From NCBI GenBank assembly GCA_007376385.1, contig VMGC01000003.1, positions 37,271 through 101,270 on the forward strand: a DNA stretch of 64,000 bases, written 5' to 3'. The DNA comes from Parcubacteria group bacterium Gr01-1014_8. Its GTDB lineage: Bacteria; Patescibacteriota; Minisyncoccia; Phycocordibacterales; UBA2100. The notes beneath the pieces are model-generated. The model did no database searches. It had not been told where the DNA came from and was given only the letters and a program-made list of their open reading frames with translations. Position 1 is the stretch's first letter. Each line of letters starts with the position of its first letter. A program made the position numbers and the translations under genes. Below are positions 55,203-64,000 of the stretch, piece after piece.

Positions 55203-55814
55203 CTATTCAAGAATCCCGTCCAGGTTCACATCGTACAAAATTTCTTCATGAATGATGCGATAGTTCGTCAATTCCTCCGGTTTGAACCAATGAGCTATCT
55301 CCACGTTCGCCTCCTCAACCGAGCCAGAAGCGTGGGCAAGGTTTCGGACGGCACGCCCGTCTTCATCCGCCATCTGGTATGAATCCAGGACGAAATCGCC
55401 TCGAATCGAGCCAACGTCTGATGTCAGCGGCTCTGTGCCTCCCGTCAGCTTCCGTACTATCTTAACGGCGTGAGCTCCTTGCAAGACCATCGCAACAACA
55501 GGTCCCGAGGAAAGATACTTCTTTAAGTTTGTAAGAATTTTCGCGGTAATTTCAAGTGGGTCCTGTGAAGGAGGTGTCATCCCCTTGTCCAAATACCCCT
55601 TGATGGTCTTTTCTCCCGTGACCTTTCTCCAGTTTGGATCGAGCGTGTAGTGCGTTTCGACATGCTCTGGTGTTGGCACCATCATTTTCATGCCGACGAG
55701 CTTTAAGCCCGAAGACTCGTAGCGATTGATTATCTCTCCTATCAAAGAGCGTTGAACCGCATCTGGCTTAATAACAACGAGCGTGCGTTCTTTGCTGTGA
55801 TGGTCTTGCGGCAT
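55203..55814 (-). CDS. ndk: nucleoside diphosphate kinase (long form with insertion)
   Basis: Active-site His context NLAHASGS and the N-terminal ERTLVVIKPDAV. 203 aa, so it carries insertions relative to the 140-aa canonical Ndk. Confidence 0.8.
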   Translation of the reverse strand: MPQDHHSKERTLVVIKPDAVQRSLIGEIINRYESSGLKLVGMKMMVPTPEHVETHYTLDPNWRKVTGEKTIKGYLDKGMTPPSQDPLEITAKILTNLKKYLSSGPVVAMVLQGAHAVKIVRKLTGGTEPLTSDVGSIRGDFVLDSYQMADEDGRAVRNLAHASGSVEEANVEIAHWFKPEELTNYRIIHEEILYDVNLDGILE

Positions 55815-55833
55815 GTATGTACGAAATTAATTA

Positions 55834-58659
55834 TTAGTAGGACGGCATCAAAGGATCTGCATACGGACTGCTCTGCGCTGCTTGATCACCTGCATATTTC
55901 TTTTTTATCTCGTCTTCAACTTCCTTGCGATCCCTGCCGTACGTACGATACGAAAGTTCTTTCAGCGCGTCAACTGGAGTGTAATCTAAAGATGGCATCT
56001 TCACTGTCTTGATAGTAAATGGTCTCGCGGGCACCCCGTTCACAAGAAGTGCGACGCTTGCGTGGTAGTTCTGTTGATTCTCGAGGTCATGCCGCGTAAA
56101 CACAGGATGGAATTGTTTTTCAAGGAATTCCGCGTCGGTCGTACCGATGCGAAAGACCATTTTTGTACCGACGTTACCGATAACAGCATCTCGTATTTTC
56201 TCTTCGAGCTGTGCAATGAATTGGTGCGCAATTGTCAGCGAGAGTTTGTATTTACGAGCTTCGGAAAGGATGGTCCCTATGGACGGCGTCGCGAAGTTTT
56301 GGAATTCGTCGATATAAAGATAGAAAACCGGAAGGTCTGCAGATTTCGCATCAACGCGTGAAAATGCCGCTTGCAGGAACTTTGATACGAGAACAAGACC
56401 AAGAAGCGACGTATTCCTATCGCCAAGCCTGCCTTTCGAGAGGTTCGCGAGAAATATTTTCTTTCCATCAAGGATCTCCCGGAAATCGAACGCAGATTTT
56501 TCTTGCGCTACGATCGGACGCATGATGTCGTTGGCGAGGAAAACGTCGAATTTGCTGGTAATGTACGGTGCGACGTTCTCAAGCGATGGATCTCCTCCCG
56601 CTTTTTCCGCGATGCCTCTCCAGAATTGGACGATAACGGGGTTGGGACACCGTGAAAGTTTCAAATTCCGGAATCCTGGATCTGCAAAGATGCGTGGGAT
56701 CTCGAGGAATGTTGAGCCGGAATCCGGGTCTTCGACAACGAGCTGCACCGCATTTCGGTAGTACTGCTCGAACATTGGACCGAATGCTTCAGGCACATCG
56801 GCGTACAGCTTTCGGAAGATTCCGTACACCTCGTCCACGACAAATGTTTTCATTTCCGGCTTGTTGCGGTCATATTCAAGCATATTTAGTCCCATCGGCC
56901 GTGCCGTATGCGCAGGATCGAAATAGATGACATCTTTCGCCCGCTCTGGCGGAACCGATGCAAGAATATCCTCAATATCGGTGCCATGCGGGTCTATGTA
57001 GGCAACGCCGTCGCCATTTTTCATGTCCTGCATGATCATATTCTTCAGAAGCGACGTTTTGCCCGTACCTGTTTGCCCTATGACGTAACAATGACGCAGC
57101 CGATCCGCAGTGCCGTATTTCACCTCCCTCTCTTCTGCGCCGTAATGGTTGATACCAACGACTATGCCATCTTCCGGCATCTCAACAGGGGAAGGCGCTT
57201 GTTTTGCGTATGATTTCTTCAACTCGCGCGACGTCGTGACACGTTGTGCTGTGAAGTGGAACATTGATGTAATTTCCGATAACGAGAGAGGTATCGCGTA
57301 CGAATCGTTATGAACACGATATGTAAAATCGCGCAGGAACCCGGACAAGTTCCAGCGCGATATGCGATTGAATATCAAGTGATTGCCCCGCGGGTCATCA
57401 AGTTGATTGAAAGGCGCTTCGAGATTCTTGAGAAGATCCGTCGCTCTCTCTTCCGTAGGGGCAGACGCAACAATACGAACGACTGTAGGAGCGATGCGGC
57501 TTTTTATCTTGCGCCCGAATTCTTCATTCGCAACTTGGTCTGGATTTCGTCTGAATGTGCGGTCTTTTTCTTCTTTTATGTAGTTCTCCGATTTAAAAGA
57601 AACCTCTGCTATTTCTTTAATGGTATCTAGAAAGTAACTCTCCGGGGTCTTCAGAGCTTTGTGCAAGATCTTCCCTCTCTCCAGCTTCCGGATTATCCGC
57701 TTATAGTGCTCGTTGTAGCGGTCGCCGTCATTTCCAACGACTATTTGAACCGCAGCACCTTCACCGTGCTTCGCAATCTTCGCGAATGCCGCAAGCATGA
57801 CGTTCATTGGGTCATGTTCGAACATTTCGGGCGTTTTAAGCGGATACGCCGGGTGCTGCATCTGCGTGGCATATGCCGCAGCATGATAGCCTTCATAATT
57901 AAAAATGTTGTAATCTCCGCGGCATTCGCTGATGAGCGCATTGGGAAAGACAGAAGAAAGAAGACGCTCGGCAAGGGCCTGCCGCGCACGCGGTACGGCA
58001 AGGTAGAGTGTCGCTTCTTCCGTACCCTCACCGACGGCTATCTCAAGAGAAAATCCTTCATTTTTGCCAAGCAAGGGAAGAAGCCCCGCATACAACTGTT
58101 CCGACGATGAAAGCACTTGTTCCAATTTTTGCTGCTGCTCACTTTCCTTCGTGCCCTCGCTATGCGCCTGAGGATGTATCTCAAAGAGTACGAGGTGCAA
58201 CGCTTTGATTATCTTCTCTGGCGGTTTTGCGCCCTTTTGCGGAAGTCCCTGCGCAATGTACCGTATCAGTGCGCGATGAAGGTCATCCTCCAGATGCACA
58301 TTTTTCATTTTAGCGACGATGGTGAGTGCATTTCTGACGCCGTGCTGCTCAACTATCTTCAGGAGTTCATCTATCTGGGTGTCGTGGGTTTCCGGTTCGA
58401 GTTGGAGTGCCTTTCGCATTGCTTCGTACTCGGGCATGACAACTGCCTCGTGTAGCACTGATGCGGCGGGAGTTGCCGCATACTCCGCGACTTCACGTTT
58501 TGCGATGCGTTCTTGTTCTGCAATGTTACCGGCTGTTTCGAGTTCTTGCTCTTTTTCTTTCACTTTACCCCGCAAATAAGCAAGCTCCTCTTCTGGAGTA
58601 TGGAATTTTTTTGGAGCGGCCACACGCAACCGCTCTCCTACCGCAGAGTGAGGAGACAT
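55834..58659 (-). CDS. large P-loop NTPase, VirD4/TraG/TraD-like (type IV coupling protein / DUF87-like) with about 470-aa N-terminal extension
   Basis: Walker A YVIGQTGTGKTSLL, Walker B LYIDEFQNFAT, C-terminal LTIAHQ...VGTKMVFR typical of TraG/VirD4-like ATPases. 941 aa. Confidence 0.5.
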   Translation of the reverse strand: MSPHSAVGERLRVAAPKKFHTPEEELAYLRGKVKEKEQELETAGNIAEQERIAKREVAEYAATPAASVLHEAVVMPEYEAMRKALQLEPETHDTQIDELLKIVEQHGVRNALTIVAKMKNVHLEDDLHRALIRYIAQGLPQKGAKPPEKIIKALHLVLFEIHPQAHSEGTKESEQQQKLEQVLSSSEQLYAGLLPLLGKNEGFSLEIAVGEGTEEATLYLAVPRARQALAERLLSSVFPNALISECRGDYNIFNYEGYHAAAYATQMQHPAYPLKTPEMFEHDPMNVMLAAFAKIAKHGEGAAVQIVVGNDGDRYNEHYKRIIRKLERGKILHKALKTPESYFLDTIKEIAEVSFKSENYIKEEKDRTFRRNPDQVANEEFGRKIKSRIAPTVVRIVASAPTEERATDLLKNLEAPFNQLDDPRGNHLIFNRISRWNLSGFLRDFTYRVHNDSYAIPLSLSEITSMFHFTAQRVTTSRELKKSYAKQAPSPVEMPEDGIVVGINHYGAEEREVKYGTADRLRHCYVIGQTGTGKTSLLKNMIMQDMKNGDGVAYIDPHGTDIEDILASVPPERAKDVIYFDPAHTARPMGLNMLEYDRNKPEMKTFVVDEVYGIFRKLYADVPEAFGPMFEQYYRNAVQLVVEDPDSGSTFLEIPRIFADPGFRNLKLSRCPNPVIVQFWRGIAEKAGGDPSLENVAPYITSKFDVFLANDIMRPIVAQEKSAFDFREILDGKKIFLANLSKGRLGDRNTSLLGLVLVSKFLQAAFSRVDAKSADLPVFYLYIDEFQNFATPSIGTILSEARKYKLSLTIAHQFIAQLEEKIRDAVIGNVGTKMVFRIGTTDAEFLEKQFHPVFTRHDLENQQNYHASVALLVNGVPARPFTIKTVKMPSLDYTPVDALKELSYRTYGRDRKEVEDEIKKKYAGDQAAQSSPYADPLMPSY

Positions 58660-58747
58660 AGGCTAATTATAGCCTAACGAAGCGAGTGAAGTGGGAACCT
58701 GTTCACACTTCCGAGCGAGTGACGGCTAGACGAGCGAAGTGAGTATA

Positions 58748-60031
58748 TCATCCAGTTCTTAGTGCTTTCGCCCCTATGTCGCGCCGGAAATATTTCCCTT
58801 CGAATTGAATACGCTCGCACGCTTGATACGCCGCATTAAGTGCTTCCTTCAGAGTTCCGCCCACTGCCGAAACGCTTAAGACACGTCCTCCACTTGTGAG
58901 AGTCTGTCCATTCTCGTACCTGGTCCCCGCGTGAAATACGACCACTCCCTCAATTTTTTCTGCTTCTTCTATGCCGGCGATGGGAAGATCTCTCTTATAC
59001 GCGTCCGGATACCCGCCCGAAGCCATGATGACCGTAACGGCAAATCCAGGTTGCCACTCGATATTCTTTTTTGAAATTGTTCCGTCAACACTCGCTTCAA
59101 GCAGGTCTAGAAGATCCGTTTTGAGAAGACGCATATACACTTCTGCTTCGGGACATCCGAACCTTGAATTGAATTCAATGACTTTCGGCCCCTGTTTCGT
59201 CATCATCAAGCCCGGATAGAGGAGCCCCTGGAACGGCGTGTCCCGTTTTGCCATGGTTGCAATGGCTGGAGCAACTATATGTTTCCTGATATCCAATAAC
59301 TGTTCATCGGTAACCCACGGCACGGGTGCGATGGCGCCCATTCCTCCAGTATTCTTGCCCGTATCGTTTTCTCCGATAGTTTTGTGGTCTTGCGACGTAG
59401 GAAACATAATAAAATCTTTTCCATCAGAAAGTGCGTGAATTGAAATTTCTGGTCCCTCAAGAAATTCTTCGATAACAACCTCGTTTCCGGAATCTTTGAA
59501 GATCTTTTTAACCATGACTTCGTTCAAGAAATTCTCCGCTTCCGCAACCGTCCTGCACACCATAACTCCTTTTCCGAGTGCAAGACCGCTTGCTTTTACA
59601 ACGATTGGCGCACCTTTTTCGTGCACGTATCGGAGGGCGTCAACATGAGCCGTGAATACTCTGAATTCTGCTGTTGGAATATTCGCTTGACGCATTAATT
59701 CCTTCGCGAACGCTTTCGAACCTTCGAGCTTTGCAGCAACTTTTGAGGGACTCCAAATTCTAAGTCCGTGAGCCCTAAAAGCATCACCAATGCCCCCCAC
59801 GATCGGGTCATCTGAGCCAGCAACGGTTAAGCCCACCTTCTTTTCTTCCGCAAACGCAACGAGTTTATCGAATTCCATCACGCCGATAGAAATCGGCTCG
59901 CCAACTGCATGTGTTCCTCCGTTTCCTGGTGCAATGTAAATCTTCCCAACGCGAGATAATTGTTTCAACTTCCATGCGATAGCGTGTTCCCTCGAATATG
60001 CCCCGACGACGAGAATATCGATGCTCATCAA
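58748..60031 (-). CDS. purD: phosphoribosylamine--glycine ligase
   Basis: ATP-grasp fold, N-terminal ILVVGAYSREHAIAWKL, 427 aa. Confidence 0.9.
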   Translation of the reverse strand: MMSIDILVVGAYSREHAIAWKLKQLSRVGKIYIAPGNGGTHAVGEPISIGVMEFDKLVAFAEEKKVGLTVAGSDDPIVGGIGDAFRAHGLRIWSPSKVAAKLEGSKAFAKELMRQANIPTAEFRVFTAHVDALRYVHEKGAPIVVKASGLALGKGVMVCRTVAEAENFLNEVMVKKIFKDSGNEVVIEEFLEGPEISIHALSDGKDFIMFPTSQDHKTIGENDTGKNTGGMGAIAPVPWVTDEQLLDIRKHIVAPAIATMAKRDTPFQGLLYPGLMMTKQGPKVIEFNSRFGCPEAEVYMRLLKTDLLDLLEASVDGTISKKNIEWQPGFAVTVIMASGGYPDAYKRDLPIAGIEEAEKIEGVVVFHAGTRYENGQTLTSGGRVLSVSAVGGTLKEALNAAYQACERIQFEGKYFRRDIGAKALRTG

Positions 60032-60062
60032 TCCAGTGTATTACACTTTCGTTTACCGAGCA

Positions 60063-60320
60063 CTAAGTTTGGTCTTGGCGACTTTCGGAAAGACGTTGCC
60101 TAAGCTTCGATTTAGCATATCCGCGATATTTTAACTGATGTTCGCGCCGACGTGCATCACCTTCAGCACGATAGGCTTCGTAATATATCAAGGTCCACTT
60201 ATGTTTTCGCGTAAATTTTGACTTTCCCTTAATATGCTCAGAAAGTCGCCGCCTCAGATCGTTTGTCGAACCTACGTACAGCAAACCGTCCTGATTTTCC
60301 AGAACATATACGTAATGCAT
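60063..60320 (-). CDS. GIY-YIG nuclease superfamily small protein
   Basis: YVYVLENQDGLLYVGSTNDLRRRLSEH...E...N is the canonical GIY-YIG core in an 85-aa standalone protein. It is paralogous to the insertion in the 45206-47857 gene. Confidence 0.75.
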   Translation of the reverse strand: MHYVYVLENQDGLLYVGSTNDLRRRLSEHIKGKSKFTRKHKWTLIYYEAYRAEGDARRREHQLKYRGYAKSKLRQRLSESRQDQT

Positions 60321-60335
60321 AAGAACAGACCAAAC

Positions 60336-61112
60336 TTATAGCTCGGTTAAAATTTCTGCTCCGCTTTTTGTGACAAGCACTGTGTGTTCGGCATGCACTG
60401 TCCGGGAACCGTCTTTCGTGCGATAGGCGTGGCCGTCTTTGCCCGAATCGACACGCAAATCGCCAGAACCTCTTGCGAACATCGGCTCAATTGCGATGAC
60501 ATGACCCTCAACAAGTTTGTCTCCTTCCCCGGGAATTCCGTAGTTCGGCACATGCGGCTCTTCATGCACCGTCCGTCCTACTCCGTGCCCGCTTAGATTG
60601 CGCGGAAACCCAAGGTTGTATTTTTTCGCTATGCGCTCCACAGCATGTCCGATGTCGCCGGTCGTGTTCCCCACTTTCGCTTGTGCTATTCCTGCGTCGA
60701 GCGCCTCATAGGCGGCATGAACTAATTTTTCATCCTCCGGGTCTCGCGCCTCTCCTGCAATACGTGTGATGGCATGGTCGGTAAAGAATCCTCCGTGGAT
60801 GATGCCAAAATCCAACGACACAATGTCGCCATCGTGAATGACATCATCGCTCTGTCCGGCTGGATTATGAACGATGGCACTGTTTATGGAAACACTGAGA
60901 GCTGACGGCATCGGATTTTTATCGCTCGCGTACTTATAGTTAAGGAACGCAGGCTCGTCGCCATCCTCTTCAACCATTCTGCGGGCCTCCATTTCGAGCT
61001 GCCGCGCTGTAATTCCTGGTCGTATCATGCCTGCAAGCGCTTGCAGATGGCGCGCAAGACGCCTGCCGCCCTCTCTCAGGACGGCAATTTCTTCAGGGGT
61101 TCTTGCTATCAT
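60336..61112 (-). CDS. map: methionine aminopeptidase type I
   Basis: Metal ligands in DIVSLDFG...HGVGR...HEEP...E context (pita-bread fold), 258 aa. Confidence 0.9.
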   Translation of the reverse strand: MIARTPEEIAVLREGGRRLARHLQALAGMIRPGITARQLEMEARRMVEEDGDEPAFLNYKYASDKNPMPSALSVSINSAIVHNPAGQSDDVIHDGDIVSLDFGIIHGGFFTDHAITRIAGEARDPEDEKLVHAAYEALDAGIAQAKVGNTTGDIGHAVERIAKKYNLGFPRNLSGHGVGRTVHEEPHVPNYGIPGEGDKLVEGHVIAIEPMFARGSGDLRVDSGKDGHAYRTKDGSRTVHAEHTVLVTKSGAEILTEL

Positions 61113-61732
61113 AACGTTAATCCTAAACGCGTGAGTATGTCCTTGTGAATTGTTTGAATATCAGGTTCACCGTTAACACGATGAATTTTCCAGCCAAGTT
61201 CTTCAAGACGCTTTATAGCAGGCACGACATGCTGTTCATACCACGCAAACCTGCTCGTCATAGCCGCTTCGCTCGCGTCATCGACACGGCCTCGTGCCGA
61301 GAGTCGTGCACGCGCCGCGGCGGGAGAGAGTTCCAGCACAATGGCCTGCAGATTGTCTCCTTCATAAAATCGGACGATCTCATCTACCAATTCCGACTGT
61401 GCAGGCCTGCGGCATACTCCGTCGAGGATCAAATGTTCAGTCCCATGAAATATAGGATTTAAGTGTTCTGCGAGCATGAAAATCGGCATAAACGAGGGCA
61501 GAAGTCCGCCTGCTTCCACTATTTTTCGCGCCCTTTTTGCAAGTGGCGTGTCTGTCTTGAAGAATTCCCTGAGAAGTCCGCCCATTTCTGCTCGGTTCAC
61601 TCCTCTCCCGGAATCTTTACCAGTCAGAAATCGTTCCAATAGATCCGCTTGCGTTCCTTTGCCGGAACCGGAAATACCGAAAAAGACCACCGTGACTGGC
61701 TTTTCTATTGTTTCTTGTGATTGTGCATTCAT
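61109..61732 (-). CDS. adk: adenylate kinase
   Basis: P-loop GISGSGKGTQA and a LID region. It sits in the secY-adk-map neighbourhood. Confidence 0.8.
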   Translation of the reverse strand: MNAQSQETIEKPVTVVFFGISGSGKGTQADLLERFLTGKDSGRGVNRAEMGGLLREFFKTDTPLAKRARKIVEAGGLLPSFMPIFMLAEHLNPIFHGTEHLILDGVCRRPAQSELVDEIVRFYEGDNLQAIVLELSPAAARARLSARGRVDDASEAAMTSRFAWYEQHVVPAIKRLEELGWKIHRVNGEPDIQTIHKDILTRLGLTL

Positions 61733-62316
61733 ACGACGCCGAGATTGTACCCTTCTTTTTTAAGAATTGCCATTGTTTCATTCACCGAATCGAGCAATTT
61801 TCCGGTCGCATTTATCACACGATAGTCATACAGCGGCGCATGATCCGTTATTTCCTCCCCTGCTATCCTCATTCTCTCTCCGAGTTCTTCAGGAGTCATT
61901 GAGGGATTGCGGCTGCGAATGCGTTCGAACAATTCTTCGTGTGATAGCGGAAGAATAAATATTGTCGTTGCGTTGTATTTTTCTTTCAAGAATTTCGCAC
62001 CAATGATATCGAGATGCGCGAGAACTATGTGCCCCTTTTGCAACCGAGCCTCGAGGTCTGGCTTGTATACGCCATAGTGAGTACCCAGTTTCTCGATGTA
62101 TCTATGCTCAAGAATATTTCCTTTCGCAAGTTCAAGTTGGAATTTTCGCTCTGAAAAAAAGTAGTAATCAACGCCATCAACTTCACCTGGCCGCGGCAAA
62201 CGCGTGGTCGCAGTTACTAGCAGCGTGCAATTGGGACATTGCCGCATGATCTCCTGAATTATTGTGTTCTTTCCGCCACCGGAGGGCCCGGCTATGACGA
62301 CGATCTGCTTTTCCAT
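61729..62316 (-). CDS. gmk: guanylate kinase
   Basis: P-loop GPSGGGKNT, TTRLPRPGEVDGVDYYF guanylate-binding signature. Confidence 0.8.
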   Translation of the reverse strand: MEKQIVVIAGPSGGGKNTIIQEIMRQCPNCTLLVTATTRLPRPGEVDGVDYYFFSERKFQLELAKGNILEHRYIEKLGTHYGVYKPDLEARLQKGHIVLAHLDIIGAKFLKEKYNATTIFILPLSHEELFERIRSRNPSMTPEELGERMRIAGEEITDHAPLYDYRVINATGKLLDSVNETMAILKKEGYNLGVV

Positions 62317-62351
62317 GCGACATCATAGCACATGGCATAGGGTAAACACGC

Positions 62352-63626
62352 TTAGTATTCTCGTATTGATGTCTGCGCGTCTATTTTTTTTACGAGATCG
62401 AGAACAACAGAAACAACGATGAGAAGCGCAGTTCCACCAATAGTGACCGCCGTAAGCCCCGTTGCTCCTTGAAGCGCGATGGGAAGAACAGCTATGGCGC
62501 CCAGGAACAGCGCGCCCACAAGCGTAATTCGCGTGATGATGTTGCCGAGATAGTCGGCCGTCATCAAGCCCGGCCGAACGCCGGGAATGAATGCCCCATT
62601 CTTTTGCAAGTTCTTTGCGATTTGATGCGGCTCAAACGTAATAGCAGTGTAGAAGTACGTAAAGAGAAAGACGAGAAGGAAGTACAAAATGCCATACACC
62701 CATTGATTATTAAGGAACGTGACTGTCGCGGTAGCGCCATTCGCCAGCCATGGTAATGGAGAACGAGTGAGGAATGTAGCGATCATTTGCGGAAAAAGGA
62801 TCAATGAGAGGGCAAAAATTATCGGAATAACGCCGGCTTGATTCACGCGAAGCGGGAGATACGTTGAGATGCCACCGAGAACTTTCGTCCCTCGTACCCG
62901 TCTGGCGTAGGTAACAGGAACTGGCCGCTCCGCTTCCGTAATGAACACAACGCCTGCCGTGATAGCGACCGCAGCCGCAGCGAATGCAATGTATGCAGGA
63001 AGTTGAGAGATGTCGAATGAAAATATAGCTTGCGCAAGTGCCGCTGGAATTCCTGAAACGATGCCGGCAAAGATGAGCAAAGAAACTCCGTTCCCGACAC
63101 CATATTCGGTGATAAGTTCGCCAAGCCACATTAAAAGCAGCGAACCTGCCGCAACAACGAACACATTCGTCACCGTTCCCAACATATCGAGCTTCGGCAC
63201 TATGCCGTTTTGCTCAAGAAGCAGAAGAAAGGCAAACGCCTGAAAAAATGCCATCGGCACGCAGAGATACCGAGAATATTGCATGAATCGCTGACGCCCT
63301 GCATCGCCTTCCTCTTGATAGAGCGCTTTCAATTTTGGCGAGAGGATGGTCATCAGCTGCATGATGATGGACGCAGTAATATACGGACCTACCCCGAGCA
63401 TCACGATTGAGAGGTTTGAAAATCCTCCTCCAGAAAAGATATTCAAGAGGCCGAAAAACTGGTTATTGCTTAAGAAGGCTTCGAGTGCGCTCACATTGAT
63501 GCCGGGGGTCGGGATAGCAGCGAGAAGTCGGAATACCATAAGTGCACCAAGAACAAATAAAACTCTCTTCCGCAGCGTCTCGTCTTCTATGACGAGCCAA
63601 ACTTTCCTCATGAATGTATCGAACAT
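62352..63626 (-). CDS. secY: preprotein translocase subunit SecY
   Basis: 10 TM helices, conserved SecY motifs (GxGPYITASIIMQL, plug and hinge regions), 424 aa. Confidence 0.95.
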   Translation of the reverse strand: MFDTFMRKVWLVIEDETLRKRVLFVLGALMVFRLLAAIPTPGINVSALEAFLSNNQFFGLLNIFSGGGFSNLSIVMLGVGPYITASIIMQLMTILSPKLKALYQEEGDAGRQRFMQYSRYLCVPMAFFQAFAFLLLLEQNGIVPKLDMLGTVTNVFVVAAGSLLLMWLGELITEYGVGNGVSLLIFAGIVSGIPAALAQAIFSFDISQLPAYIAFAAAAVAITAGVVFITEAERPVPVTYARRVRGTKVLGGISTYLPLRVNQAGVIPIIFALSLILFPQMIATFLTRSPLPWLANGATATVTFLNNQWVYGILYFLLVFLFTYFYTAITFEPHQIAKNLQKNGAFIPGVRPGLMTADYLGNIITRITLVGALFLGAIAVLPIALQGATGLTAVTIGGTALLIVVSVVLDLVKKIDAQTSIREY

Positions 63627-63633
63627 ACGTATC

Positions 63634-64000
63634 TTAGGCGACTGTACCGCCGGCTTTTTCTATCGCAACCTTCGCGCTAGCGGTGACCGCGCAATCTTTG
63701 AAACTTAGTTTTTTTGAGAGCGTGCCGCCCCCAACGATCTTCACAAATGGAAATTTCACACTCCTTTCGCTCAAAAGGTCATGTGTTTTCAGCGTCTTTG
63801 GAGTTACCTCGGCGCCCGCATCAAAAGCGCGCTCAAGCTGTTCAAGGGATATTATCACCGCGCGTTGCCTATCGCTTACAACTGTGCGCCCGCGGTTCTT
63901 GCCGTACCCTCGGCGCTTAGGGAGTTTCTTTATGATATCGCGCCATTCTGGCCTCTTCTTGCGGCCTGAGCGTGCATTTTGGCCTTTGGTGCCGCGCCCA
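63634..64000 (-). CDS. rplO: 50S ribosomal protein L15 (5' end beyond window)
   Basis: GRGTKGQNARSGRKKRPEW...LPKRRGYGK L15 signature. The reading frame runs open to the window edge. Confidence 0.8.
   Translation of the reverse strand, partial: GRGTKGQNARSGRKKRPEWRDIIKKLPKRRGYGKNRGRTVVSDRQRAVIISLEQLERAFDAGAEVTPKTLKTHDLLSERSVKFPFVKIVGGGTLSKKLSFKDCAVTASAKVAIEKAGGTVA

Overview
The window is a compact, gene-dense bacterial chromosomal region. Gene content and style suggest a Patescibacteria/CPR-like organism: a short RF2 with no frameshift, a type IV pilus locus without a secretin, small GIY-YIG proteins, an intron-containing tRNA, and secreted peptidoglycan-binding proteins. This taxonomic placement is inference only.

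Main blocks, in order:
- prfB, then a tRNA-rich stretch: tRNA-Thr(CGU), a promoter-bearing tRNA-Thr pseudogene, tRNA-Thr(GGU) split by a roughly 209-nt group I intron, gdhA, tRNA-Asp, tRNA-Met, and initiator tRNA-fMet.
- gatA-gatC-ligA.
- A large minus-strand type IV pilus cluster: YYSQ-repeat secreted protein, three pseudopilins, pilD, two tandem major pilins, pilC, pilT, a CheY-like receiver, pilB, a PilP-like ORF, pilO, pilN and pilM.
- pterin dehydratase, comFC, a tRNA-Ser islet with a HEPN-like protein and a DUF360/holin-like protein, and recG.
- A secreted PKD/peptidoglycan-binding protein, tRNA-Ile(UAU), prs, malic enzyme, dihydroorotase and ftsH.
- smpB followed by a one-piece tmRNA.
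- A GH13/GT4 sugar pair, lexA with a Y-family polymerase, and tdh-kbl.
- An unusual 883-aa acyl-CoA synthetase with an in-frame GIY-YIG domain insertion.
- thrC, a secreted nuclease, an M15 peptidase, infC-rpmI-rplT, ndk, a large VirD4/TraG-like ATPase, purD, a standalone GIY-YIG gene, map-adk-gmk-secY and partial rplO.

No CRISPR array and no rRNA were seen. Hand-derived coordinates for RNA genes and small ORFs may be off by 1-2 nt. ORF-track coordinates are used for protein-coding genes.
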